Shown here one piece after another: positions 44,304-53,675 of a stretch of DNA of 64,000 bases. The stretch is from an uncultured Gammaproteobacteria bacterium. Lineage in GTDB: Bacteria > Pseudomonadota > Gammaproteobacteria > GCA-001735895. How positions within the stretch are numbered: the stretch's first letter is position 1; each line of letters begins with the position of its first letter. The notes below the pieces were generated by a model, which saw nothing but the letters and a program-made list of their open reading frames with translations, was not told the DNA's origin and did no database searches. The translations under genes were made by a program, and so were the position numbers. Location: contig CAZYYM010000006.1 of the NCBI GenBank assembly GCA_964651385.1, forward strand, positions 1,293 to 65,292, written 5' to 3'.

Positions 44304-45944
44304 GTGCCATTAATTGACGCCGCTCAAACGAATTTCGACACCATTTGTGCTAATTTCCGATGGAATATTCCTGAGAAACTAAATATCGCCCATCAGGTTT
44401 GTGAACGCCATCAGACTGAACCCGCGCGTATTGCAGTCTTTTATGAAAATGCGGCCGGCATAAAGACAGCCTATAGTTTCGGACAGTTGAAAACCTATTC
44501 CGATCAATTTGCCAATGCTCTGAAATACCTCAATATACAACGCGGCGATCGTGTAGCAATCGTTTTATCACAACGAATCGAAACTGTTATTGCACATCTG
44601 GCAATTTACAAGCTTGGCGCGATTGCCCTGCCACTGGCTATATTGTTTGGACCGGAAGCCCTCGAATATCGATTGCGCGATAGTGGTTCACGCATTGTGG
44701 TTACTGATGCCAGCAAATATGACGACCTGCGGGCATTGCAATCTGAACTTGGCGATTTAGAAACCATAGTTGGTTGCCAGATCGGTGAAGGCGATACTGA
44801 ATTCTGGCAATTGATTGAGCAGGCCTCCGCAAATTTTGAAATGGTTCAAACCTATGCCGATGATCCAGCCTGCCTGATTTACACATCGGGTACCACTGGG
44901 CCGCCAAAGGGTGCACTGGTTGCACATCGGGCAGTGATCGGCAATTTCACCGGTTTTGAAATGTCACAAAATTTTTTCCCTGGATCAAACGATGTATTCT
45001 GGACACCGGCCGACTGGGCCTGGACCGGCGGTCTGTGGGACGGGCTCCTGCCCAGTTTGAATTACGGTGTCCCAGTACTCGCTTTTGAAGGCGGCGGCTT
45101 TGACCCGGAACGCGCCGCAGTGCTACTCGGACAATATCATGTCAGCAATGCGTTCATTCCGCCAACTGCGCTAAAAATGTTGCGATCAGTAGAAAATTTA
45201 AAAGACAAGTATGCGATTCAATTGCGCGCTGTAATGAGCGCGGGTGAGCAGGTTGGCGAAGAATTGATCCACTGGGGACGCGAGGCTCTCGGTATTACCA
45301 TTAACGAAATGTGGGGACAGACTGAGTTCAATTACCTGGTTGGTAATTGCTCAGCCATACTACCGCCGAAACCGGGCTCTATGGGTAAATCATACCCCGG
45401 TCATCGTGTCGGCATTATTGATGATGACGGCCATCTACTTGCCGACGGCGAACACGGCGAACTCGCTGCCTGGTGCAATGATCCGGTCATGTTTCTCGGT
45501 TACTGGAAAAACAAGGACGCTACCGAAGCCAAAAAAATCGCCAACTGGTTTCGTACCGGTGATATCGGCTATCGGGACGAGGAAGGCTTCTTCTGGTTTG
45601 TCGGTCGTAAGGATGACGTTATCAGCAGCGCCGGATATCGCATCGGTCCCGGTGAAATTGAAGACTCACTGATCCGACATAGCGCTGTTTTACAGGCCGC
45701 CGTAATCGGCAAACCCGATACGCTACGCGGTCAAATAGTCAAAGCCTTTGTTGTACTGACTAAATATCAACAACCCAGTGACGAGCTGGCAAAAGAAATC
45801 CAGCAATCGGTACGAGAAAGACTTTCGGCGCACGAGTATCCCAGGGAAATAGAATTTGTCGAAACACTACCGATGACAACCACCGGCAAGGTTCGGCGCA
45901 TGGATTTACGACAACGCGAGATTGATAAAATTAGTCAGGTGTAA
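44304..45944 (+). CDS. AMP-forming acyl-CoA synthetase (ANL superfamily)
   Basis: AMP-binding motif IYTSGTTGPPKG, GYWKN, and the C-terminal TGKVRR. GTG start preceded by GGAG (44295..44298). Confidence 0.85.
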   Translation: MPLIDAAQTNFDTICANFRWNIPEKLNIAHQVCERHQTEPARIAVFYENAAGIKTAYSFGQLKTYSDQFANALKYLNIQRGDRVAIVLSQRIETVIAHLAIYKLGAIALPLAILFGPEALEYRLRDSGSRIVVTDASKYDDLRALQSELGDLETIVGCQIGEGDTEFWQLIEQASANFEMVQTYADDPACLIYTSGTTGPPKGALVAHRAVIGNFTGFEMSQNFFPGSNDVFWTPADWAWTGGLWDGLLPSLNYGVPVLAFEGGGFDPERAAVLLGQYHVSNAFIPPTALKMLRSVENLKDKYAIQLRAVMSAGEQVGEELIHWGREALGITINEMWGQTEFNYLVGNCSAILPPKPGSMGKSYPGHRVGIIDDDGHLLADGEHGELAAWCNDPVMFLGYWKNKDATEAKKIANWFRTGDIGYRDEEGFFWFVGRKDDVISSAGYRIGPGEIEDSLIRHSAVLQAAVIGKPDTLRGQIVKAFVVLTKYQQPSDELAKEIQQSVRERLSAHEYPREIEFVETLPMTTTGKVRRMDLRQREIDKISQV

Positions 45945-46538
45945 TGATACGCAACCTTGCTTGCGACAATTCTACCAGAGTCAGCCTGATTTCATCTAAA
46001 CGTGATTGAGGCACCAGCAATCAATAAACCACGTCATCGCTATAGTCTTTTTCTGACACAATGATCTTGCTCTTAAGCAAATAGAAGTCCAATTTTCCCT
46101 GGAAGTCACAGGGAAACTGAACAATAAGCGACCTGCTAATTTTTTTTAACTACATCAGACCACTTTAATGCATCACTTACCGACTGCGAGTAAGCCCGCA
46201 CTAGCCCCCACGCCGAGTTTTTTACCTCCAAAATATCGAGTAACCACCACTACGATATCACCCAATCCGGAATACTGTAAGACGTTAAACATCGGCTTTC
46301 CGGCACTACCTCCAGGTTCGCCATGATCACTTTGACCAAATTCATTTGCATCGTCAGGCCTGCCCGCAATGAAAGCCCAGCAATGGTGCGAAGCGGTTGG
46401 CATTTCGTCGCGAATATTCTGAACAAATTCCAATGCTTGCTCTCGCCCTGTAACTGTATTCAGACTGATTATAAATCGGCTGCGTTTGGTTTCGAGATCG
46501 AACCGGTGAAAACCATTGATCGTAGAGTACTCATCCAT
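45931..46538 (-). pseudogene. yigZ: yigZ (IMPACT/UPF0029 family) pseudogene
   Basis: The 121-aa ORF (46173..46538) loses the family motif after YFGGKKLGVG. LVRAYSQSVSDALK continues in a second frame after the C5 run at 46205..46209. A DUF1949-like tail (CDFQGKLDFYLLKSKIIVSEKDYSDDVVY) continues in a third frame after the T7 run at 46141..46147. That tail contains an in-frame TGA at 46021..46023. The reconstructed length is about 200 aa. Confidence 0.7.
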
Positions 46539-46892
46539 CGATAGGTTTATTGCGTTGAATTGAGCAAATAGCCATCGTCGACAGGGTAAAAAGCACGCTG
46601 AACTTCGCAGCTGCCAGCACAGCGATAAGTTGACTACCGACGGGTTGCATGTCGGTCAAGCCCACCAGGGCCATTGCCCGGAACACAGGCCCTCGCCAGT
46701 TTTTGCAAATCTTTTATATCGCAGGTAGCCGGCATAACGGAATTCCAGAAGAATGAATAGCGGCGACATTATAGCGACTGATCCTAGCCGAATTGAATTC
46801 TCTAGGCTATTACCTTCCCTTTACCGATACATAGCTGGCAAAGCCGGGGCCCGGCAAGTTATGATTAAGCCTTTACAGCAATCACACATTTC

Positions 46893-48383
46893 ATGCCCCT
46901 CGACTACCAAACTCTTGAGGCGCTCAGGCAAAACCATCCGGCCTGGCGTTTACTCGCTAGCCCTCATTCCGCGTTGATAGCAAGCTTTCTTCAGCGGGTT
47001 TTTGTCGATAAAAATGCGCGGGTGATTCCTCAGGCCGACCTGGTCGAAGCGCTGGAGGACGAGTTATTTCAACTGCGTGACATGCTTGGGGCCGAAAAAT
47101 TTCCGAAATCGGCGCCGGATTATCTAAATGACTGGGCCGCCCCGGAAAAAGGCTGGTTACGCAAATTCTACCGCCAGGACTCGGATGAAGTACAATTCGA
47201 TTTAACCCCGCCAACCGAAAGGGCATTGGCCTGGCTCGATGGCCTTGCCCAACGCAGTTTTGTCGGCACTGAATCTCGTCTGCTAATTTTGTTCGATCTA
47301 TTGCGCCAGCTCAGCGAAGGCAGTGACAAAGACCCGCAAACACGCTTACAGGAATTACAAAAACGTCGCGATATTATCGATGCCGAAATTGCCGAAGTGA
47401 CGCTGGGCCACGTCAGCCTGTTGGATGACACCGCGCTAAGAGACCGTTTTATGCAATTCAATCAGCAGGCCCGCGAACTGCTTTCCGACTTTCGCGAGGT
47501 CGAGCATAATTTTCGCCAGCTTGACCGTAACGTGCGCGAGCGCATCGCAACCTGGGATGGTGGCAAGGGAGAATTACTGGTCGAGATCATGGGTAAACGT
47601 GACGCTATTGCCGATTCCGATCAGGGTGCAAGCTTTCGTGCTTTCTGGGATTTTCTGATGTCGCCTGAACACCAGCAGGAATTCAGTGGACGATTGCACA
47701 GAGTGCTTGCGCTGCCTGCCATCAACCAGCTAAAACCCGACAAACGCACGCGCCGTATCCATCACGACTGGCTCGAAGCAGGCGAATACACACAGCGCAT
47801 GGTAGCTCAGTTATCGCAGCAATTGCGGCGTTTCCTCGATGATCAGGCATGGCTCGAAAATAAACGAATTATGGATATCCTGCATGGCATCGAAAACAAA
47901 GCCCTTTTGCTGCGCGATATGCCGCATAGCGCGCCAACGAGTACTGATTTTATCGCCCTGGATGAATCCTCAGCGCGTATAGAATTGCCTATGGAAAGAC
48001 CTCTTTACCAGCCATCGATAAGACCCTGCATCGCCGACATTGATTTATTAGATGGCGATCAGGATCTGAATTCGAGCGCGCTTTATACTCAAATTGTGGT
48101 GGACAAGGCGGCGATTGGCAGCCACATTCGCCAGACCTTACAGGAGCGCTCGCAGGTATCGCTAAGCGAGCTATGTACAAGTCGTCCGCTTACACAGGGG
48201 TTAGCCGAACTGGTCGCCTATCTGGAACTGGGCGCACAGGACGGTCCGAACGAGCACTTTGCCATGCTGATCGATGAGGACGTAAAAGAGATTATCAGCT
48301 GGACTTCAGAGCATCAAATGCAACGCCGCGCCAGCATGCCTCGCATTGTCTATTTACGTCCGTCGGCGAGCCAGCACCAATAG
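46893..48383 (+). CDS. jetA: Wadjet JetA (MksB-like kleisin, DUF3375 family)
   Basis: N-terminus LRQNHPAWRLLASPHSALIASFLQRVF...YLNDWAAPEKGWLRKFY matches my memory of DUF3375/JetA proteins. 496 aa and first of four coupled genes. Confidence 0.85.
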   Translation: MPLDYQTLEALRQNHPAWRLLASPHSALIASFLQRVFVDKNARVIPQADLVEALEDELFQLRDMLGAEKFPKSAPDYLNDWAAPEKGWLRKFYRQDSDEVQFDLTPPTERALAWLDGLAQRSFVGTESRLLILFDLLRQLSEGSDKDPQTRLQELQKRRDIIDAEIAEVTLGHVSLLDDTALRDRFMQFNQQARELLSDFREVEHNFRQLDRNVRERIATWDGGKGELLVEIMGKRDAIADSDQGASFRAFWDFLMSPEHQQEFSGRLHRVLALPAINQLKPDKRTRRIHHDWLEAGEYTQRMVAQLSQQLRRFLDDQAWLENKRIMDILHGIENKALLLRDMPHSAPTSTDFIALDESSARIELPMERPLYQPSIRPCIADIDLLDGDQDLNSSALYTQIVVDKAAIGSHIRQTLQERSQVSLSELCTSRPLTQGLAELVAYLELGAQDGPNEHFAMLIDEDVKEIISWTSEHQMQRRASMPRIVYLRPSASQHQ

Positions 48384-48396
48384 AATAATCACGAAA

Positions 48397-49041
48397 ATGG
48401 ACACCGCAAATACCAATTCGAATGCAGAAGTATCTACCCGGACAAACCTCGGCAGCCTCCTGGTGCCCTTACTAAAAGGCGTAATCTACCAGGATACCGA
48501 CGCCAAACGCTGGTCTGGCTTACTGGCCCTGCAAAACAGAGTCAGAGACTACGTCGCAATATTAGGCCTGGAGTTGATTCTGGATGAATCCGAAGGCTAC
48601 GCTTTCCTACGTTCTCGTCAGTTTGACACCGAAGATCATAGCGTTGAGGAAAACGGCGAAACGCCACGCTTGATCATGCGCCGGCAATTGTCGTTTCCCG
48701 TCAGCTTGTTGCTTGCGCTATTACGCAAAAAACTCGCCGAATTCGACGCTAGCGGCAGCGAAACCCGCCTGGTATTAAGCCGCGAAGATATCGTCGCTCT
48801 AATGCGCCTGTTTATGCCCGACATCAGTAACGAAGCCAGACTGGTAGATCAAATCGACCGACATATCAACAAAGTGGTCGATCTGGGATTTTTACGGCGT
48901 CTAAAACCGACCACACCAAAGAGTCAGCCCGGCTTCGAGGTACGCAGAATCATCAAGGCTTTTGTTGATGCCCAGTGGCTCTCGGAACTCGATCAAAAGC
49001 TCGAATCTTATCGGCAATTATTACTGGGCGATAACGACTAG
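48397..49041 (+). CDS. jetB: Wadjet JetB (MksE-like, DUF4194 family)
   Basis: 214 aa from the ATG at 48397, 13 nt after the jetA stop. LLKGVIYQDTDAKRWSGLLALQNRVRDYVAILGLELILDESEGYAFLR is typical of the family. The maximal ORF starts at 48346. Confidence 0.8.
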   Translation: MDTANTNSNAEVSTRTNLGSLLVPLLKGVIYQDTDAKRWSGLLALQNRVRDYVAILGLELILDESEGYAFLRSRQFDTEDHSVEENGETPRLIMRRQLSFPVSLLLALLRKKLAEFDASGSETRLVLSREDIVALMRLFMPDISNEARLVDQIDRHINKVVDLGFLRRLKPTTPKSQPGFEVRRIIKAFVDAQWLSELDQKLESYRQLLLGDND

Positions 49042-52000
49042 TGGAGAGCAGGATTTCAACAGAACGCTTAGTCATCGAAAACCCCGGGCTCGACTTTACC
49101 GGTGACAACGCGCTCAGCGGCTTCCGGCTGAAAAAGCTCGAAGTGTTTAACTGGGGTACGTTTAATGACCAGGTCTGGTCGTTAACTCTGGGAGGGAAAA
49201 ACAGCCTGCTCACTGGCGACATTGGTTCCGGTAAATCAACGCTTGTGGATGCAGTAACGACCCTGTTAGTGCCCGCCAACAAAGTCGACTATAACAAGGC
49301 GGCCGGCGCGGAGAAAAAGGAGCGCCATTTGCGCTCTTACGTGCTCGGTTACTACAAGTCGGAACGCAGCGAAAGCAGCGGCAAATCCAGACCGGTAGCG
49401 TTGCGCGATCAAAATAGTTACTCGGTCATCCTCGGCGTATTTTACAACCAGGGTTATGATCAGACCGTAACACTCGCGCAAGTGTTCTGGATGAAAGAAT
49501 TGCAGGGACAGCCACAACGTTTTTTCGTGGGTGCAGAAAAAGCGCTGGGCATTAAGCAGGATTTCGCCCACTTTGGCGGCGAGATGTCTGCGTTGCGTAA
49601 GCGCTTACGTAAAGATGGTTGCGAATTGATGGAACACTTCCCCCAATACGGTGCCTGGTTCCGCCGCCGTTTCGGTATCGAAAATGAACAGGCATTAGAT
49701 CTTTTCCACCAGACCGTATCGATGAAGTCGGTCGGTAACCTGACCGGGTTCGTACGTACGCACATGCTCGAACCATTTGATGTCGCGCCACGAATCCAGG
49801 CCCTGATCGAACACTTCGATGACCTTAATCGCGCACACGAAGCGGTGTTAAAAGCGCAACAACAAATCAAACGACTGACGCCTTTGATCGCCCATTGCGA
49901 CCAGCACCAGCAGCGACTTGAAACCACCAGAGAACTGCGCCACAGTCGTGATGCGCTCACCTGTTACTTCAGCGCTATAAAGCAGCAACTCCTTGAACAG
50001 CGCCTCGAACGACTGCAAGTGGGTCTCTCGCGCCAGCAAAGCAAACTTCGGAGTCTCGATAGCGAAAAAAACGCCTTGCACAGTCAACAGCAGGAATTGA
50101 AACAACAAATAGCCGAAAATGGCGGGGACCGCGTCGAACGTCTGCAACGGCAAATTCAGCAACAGGGAATAGAGCGCGAACGCCGATTTGCAAAATCCGA
50201 GCGCTATCGAAACTTGCTCGTAGCGCTATCGCTAAAGGCTGTGCAAGACGCCGAGGCCTTTGTCGAACAGCAGCTAAGCCTTCAACAGAAACAGACACAA
50301 CTGCGACAGCAACAGGCTGACCACAATAATCGTTCGCGGGAAGCAGAGTTTGATTTCCTGCGCAGACAGGAAGAATACAATGAATTAAAACAGTCCATTA
50401 CGCAGCTAAAATCACGCCAGAGCAATATCGACCAGCGGCAGATTGATATCCGTCGTCAACTCTGCATTGCACTGTCCGATAATGGCGCACAGGTGGGTGA
50501 AGCCGACTTGCCCTTCGCCGGTGAATTACTCCAGGTTCGTGAAGAAGACAAAAAATGGCAGGGCGCGATCGAGCGCTTAATGCATAACTTCGGCCAATCC
50601 ATGCTAGTGCCGGATGAGCATTATAGCCGTGTCGCGCAATGGGTCGATGAGACCCTCCTGCGTGGTCGCCTGGTGTATTTCCGCGTGCGCCAAAACCAGC
50701 CAGGTAGATTGCCATCGCTGCATCCGGATTCACTGATACGTAAAATCACGATCAAGCCCGATTCGCCGTTTTACCTTTGGCTTGAACAAGAAACCACCCG
50801 CCGCTTCGATATCGCCTGTTGCGAATCCCAGCAGCAATTCCGTCGCGAGAAACGCGCTATCACGAGTAACGGCCAGATCAAAGCGTCGGGCGAACGCCAC
50901 GAAAAAGACGACCGTTTTGCTATCGACGACCGCAGCCGTTTTGTGCTCGGTTGGAGCAACCAGGATAAGATCGCAGCGCTGGCAAACAAGGCAACACGGC
51001 TTGAACGCGAGATGGCGGCCCTGGGACAGACCATTGGGGGGTTGCAAAAGCATGAAAAGCAGATCAAAGACACCCTGGAGGCGATCAGTAAACTGGAGGA
51101 ATACAGCGATTTCGAGGAACTGGACTGGCAGCCCCTGGCACGAATTATCGCCAACCTGCAAGCCGAACTGGGCCAACTCGAATCTTCTTCAGATCTGTTA
51201 CAGACGCTCACACAAAAATTAAAAGAACTTGAATCGGCACTCACCGACAATGCCACGCGCCTAAGCAAGGCGCATGAAGAACTCGGCAGCACGAAGCAGA
51301 AAATAGTGACGACCGAAGAACAACACGACGAGGTACAGACCATTCTGGCTGGCGAGGAGGCCGAACAAAGCCAGACCTGGTTCGAGCGCCTCGACAAATT
51401 GCTCACCGAAGCACTTGGCGAGCACAAACTCACGTTGAGCTCCTGTGACACCCATCAGCAGCAAATGCGTAAATGGCTACAGGACCGGATAGATACCGAG
51501 GACAGGCGCGTGAGCCGACTTCAGGAAAAAATCGTCAAGGCGATGAGCGACTACAAAAACGATTTCAGGCTGGAAACCCAGGAAGTCGATGCGGCAGTTG
51601 AGGCTGCGGATGAATACCGGCAAATGCTGACACTGTTACAGGCTGATGACCTGCCGCGATTCGAATCCCGCTTTAAGTCCTTGTTGAACGAAAATACCAT
51701 TCGAGAAGTCGCCAATTTCCAGTCGCAATTACATCGTGAGCGGGAAACCATCAAAGATCGTATCGCACAAATCAACGACTCACTCACGCAGATCGACTAT
51801 AACCCCGGTCGTTATATCAAGCTGGAAGCCCAACCGAGCCAGGATGTCGATATCCGCGACTTTCAAACCGAGCTGCGCGCCTGCACCGAAGGCGCGATCA
51901 CCGGCTCGCAGGATGAGCAATATTCCGAAAACAAATTTTTGCAGGTAAAACGCATCATCGAACGTTTTCGGGGTCGTGAAGGGTTGAGCGACCAGGACAA

Positions 52001-52472
52001 ACGCTGGGCAATCAAGGTCAGTGATGTACGTAACTGGTTCGGCTTTGCGGCCTCTGAACGCTGGCGCGAAGACGATAGTGAGTTCGAGCACTATTCGGAC
52101 TCGGGGGGAAAGTCCGGCGGGCAAAAAGAAAAACTCGCCTACACAATTCTTGCCGCCAGCCTGGCCTACCAGTTCGGCCTGGAATGGGGTGCGCTGCGAT
52201 CTCGCTCGTTCCGTTTTGTCGTTATAGACGAAGCTTTCGGCCGTGGATCGGACGAATCCACACAATACGGTCTTAAGTTATTCGAACAGTTAAATTTGCA
52301 ATTGCTAATCGTCACGCCATTGCAGAAAATTCATATTATCGAACCTTACGTGGCGAGCGTCGGCTTTGTCCACAATGAGGTCGGACTCGCCTCCAAAGTA
52401 CGTAATCTCAGCATCGAAGCCTATCATCAGGAAAAGGCACAGCTACATCGTCGCAACACTGATGACAAATAG
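49041..52472 (+). CDS. jetC: Wadjet JetC (MksF-like SMC-family ATPase)
   Basis: 1143 aa. Walker A GDIGSGKST (49215..49241), a long Q/E/L/R-rich coiled-coil middle, an ABC-signature-like SGGQKEKLAY, and Walker B FVVIDEAF (D and E codons at 52227..52232). GTG start overlaps the jetB stop by 1 nt. Confidence 0.9.
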   Translation: MESRISTERLVIENPGLDFTGDNALSGFRLKKLEVFNWGTFNDQVWSLTLGGKNSLLTGDIGSGKSTLVDAVTTLLVPANKVDYNKAAGAEKKERHLRSYVLGYYKSERSESSGKSRPVALRDQNSYSVILGVFYNQGYDQTVTLAQVFWMKELQGQPQRFFVGAEKALGIKQDFAHFGGEMSALRKRLRKDGCELMEHFPQYGAWFRRRFGIENEQALDLFHQTVSMKSVGNLTGFVRTHMLEPFDVAPRIQALIEHFDDLNRAHEAVLKAQQQIKRLTPLIAHCDQHQQRLETTRELRHSRDALTCYFSAIKQQLLEQRLERLQVGLSRQQSKLRSLDSEKNALHSQQQELKQQIAENGGDRVERLQRQIQQQGIERERRFAKSERYRNLLVALSLKAVQDAEAFVEQQLSLQQKQTQLRQQQADHNNRSREAEFDFLRRQEEYNELKQSITQLKSRQSNIDQRQIDIRRQLCIALSDNGAQVGEADLPFAGELLQVREEDKKWQGAIERLMHNFGQSMLVPDEHYSRVAQWVDETLLRGRLVYFRVRQNQPGRLPSLHPDSLIRKITIKPDSPFYLWLEQETTRRFDIACCESQQQFRREKRAITSNGQIKASGERHEKDDRFAIDDRSRFVLGWSNQDKIAALANKATRLEREMAALGQTIGGLQKHEKQIKDTLEAISKLEEYSDFEELDWQPLARIIANLQAELGQLESSSDLLQTLTQKLKELESALTDNATRLSKAHEELGSTKQKIVTTEEQHDEVQTILAGEEAEQSQTWFERLDKLLTEALGEHKLTLSSCDTHQQQMRKWLQDRIDTEDRRVSRLQEKIVKAMSDYKNDFRLETQEVDAAVEAADEYRQMLTLLQADDLPRFESRFKSLLNENTIREVANFQSQLHRERETIKDRIAQINDSLTQIDYNPGRYIKLEAQPSQDVDIRDFQTELRACTEGAITGSQDEQYSENKFLQVKRIIERFRGREGLSDQDKRWAIKVSDVRNWFGFAASERWREDDSEFEHYSDSGGKSGGQKEKLAYTILAASLAYQFGLEWGALRSRSFRFVVIDEAFGRGSDESTQYGLKLFEQLNLQLLIVTPLQKIHIIEPYVASVGFVHNEVGLASKVRNLSIEAYHQEKAQLHRRNTDDK

Positions 52473-53673
52473 TAACCCGAAATGGAGTAGTAAAAAGACC
52501 CTGTTGGCGCAGCTTCAAAAATCCTGGGACAAGGGTATTTTATTAAGAGACTGCATAGAGAACAATAACTTATTCCCGATGCCTCTCAAGTTTAAATCAC
52601 CCGGCAGCAATGCCCTGGCGCACGAATTTGATGCGGTGCGTTGCTGGGTAGCCGAGATACAAAGGCTCAGCGCTTATCGTATTGTTTACAAAACACGATA
52701 CCATCGCATCATTGGCGAAAACAGCCTCCCCTGCGAAGCCTGGGTCGATACGCGCAAAGTCGCCATCGAACTGCTCGGCAAACAGCCGCAACTTGACGCT
52801 TTTTTACGGTTACTCAACACAACCCGCAAACGAGCGCCCTGGCTCATTGACTGGGTCAGGCAATTTCCGTTCAAGGCGCTAAACCTCTCCGAAAGCTGGT
52901 CGAAGTTAATTGATTTCATATGCTGGCGACAACAACATCCGCAGCCCGGCATTTATTTGCGGCAGGTCAGCCTGCGCGGAATCGATAGTAAATTTATTGA
53001 ACAGCATCGTTCGACTCTGGCGCAATTACTCGATTTATCGCTACCGCCTTCGCAGATAAATCGCGAAAAAATTGGTAGCCGGCAATTTCCGCAACGCTAT
53101 GGTTTTCGTAACAAACCGCCGAGACTGCGCTTTCGCCCGCTCGACGCCAGGCTGGCACTGTTGCCCGGAACCGACCACGATATCAGCCTTAGCGTCGATG
53201 ATGCGAATGCGCTGCAGCTAAAGCCTCAATTTATCAATCATATTCAGCACATTTTTATCACAGAAAACGAGATTAATTACCTCTCCTTTCCGCCTGCAAA
53301 TAACAGCGTGGTGATATTCGGTGCCGGCTATGGATTCGAGGCGCTCGAAAAAATTGGCTGGCTTGGTCAAAGGCAAATATTCTACTGGGGCGATATCGAC
53401 ACACATGGTTTCGCCATTCTTGACCAACTGCGCAGCAAATTTCCCAATGCGCAAAGTCTGTTGATGGACGAACCTACACTGGTGCACCACCGAGAATTCT
53501 GGGGCGAGGAAGACAAACCCAGAAACGGCGGTTTACAGCGCCTCAATCCCAGCGAACAAAAGCTTTATCAGTCACTGATATACAATACCCATCATCCCCG
53601 TTTACGGTTGGAACAGGAGCGAATTTCTTTCGAGTATTTAATGGCTTCCCTGCCGAAAATCAGGGCTGACTAA
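52462..53673 (+). CDS. jetD: Wadjet JetD (MksG-like Toprim nuclease, DUF2220 family)
   Basis: 403 aa from an ATG that overlaps the jetC stop by 11 nt. Toprim Glu in ITENE (53257..53271) and the DxD motif in WGDIDTHGF (53389..53400). Confidence 0.85.
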   Translation: MTNSNPKWSSKKTLLAQLQKSWDKGILLRDCIENNNLFPMPLKFKSPGSNALAHEFDAVRCWVAEIQRLSAYRIVYKTRYHRIIGENSLPCEAWVDTRKVAIELLGKQPQLDAFLRLLNTTRKRAPWLIDWVRQFPFKALNLSESWSKLIDFICWRQQHPQPGIYLRQVSLRGIDSKFIEQHRSTLAQLLDLSLPPSQINREKIGSRQFPQRYGFRNKPPRLRFRPLDARLALLPGTDHDISLSVDDANALQLKPQFINHIQHIFITENEINYLSFPPANNSVVIFGAGYGFEALEKIGWLGQRQIFYWGDIDTHGFAILDQLRSKFPNAQSLLMDEPTLVHHREFWGEEDKPRNGGLQRLNPSEQKLYQSLIYNTHHPRLRLEQERISFEYLMASLPKIRAD

Positions 53674-53675
53674 CC

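Noticed and set aside
46790-46800. 11-bp perfect palindrome GAATTGAATTC about 95 nt upstream of jetA, considered as a Wadjet operator
   Set aside because: It is too short to distinguish from chance in a 64-kb window. It has no second copy, and I could not find a convincing -35/-10 next to it.
46753-46977. 74-aa ORF overlapping the jetA start
   Set aside because: It is out of frame with jetA, whose N-terminus matches the family from its first residues. This is a shadow ORF.
49266-52265. Many long ORFs antisense to or out of frame with jetC, for example 50771..51451 (226 aa), 49460..49960, 50730..51176 and 51780..52265
   Set aside because: All lie inside the 1143-aa jetC frame, which carries recognisable ATPase motifs. 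Their translations are low complexity (Ser/Arg/Ala-rich). They are typical shadow ORFs of a GC-richer coiled-coil gene.
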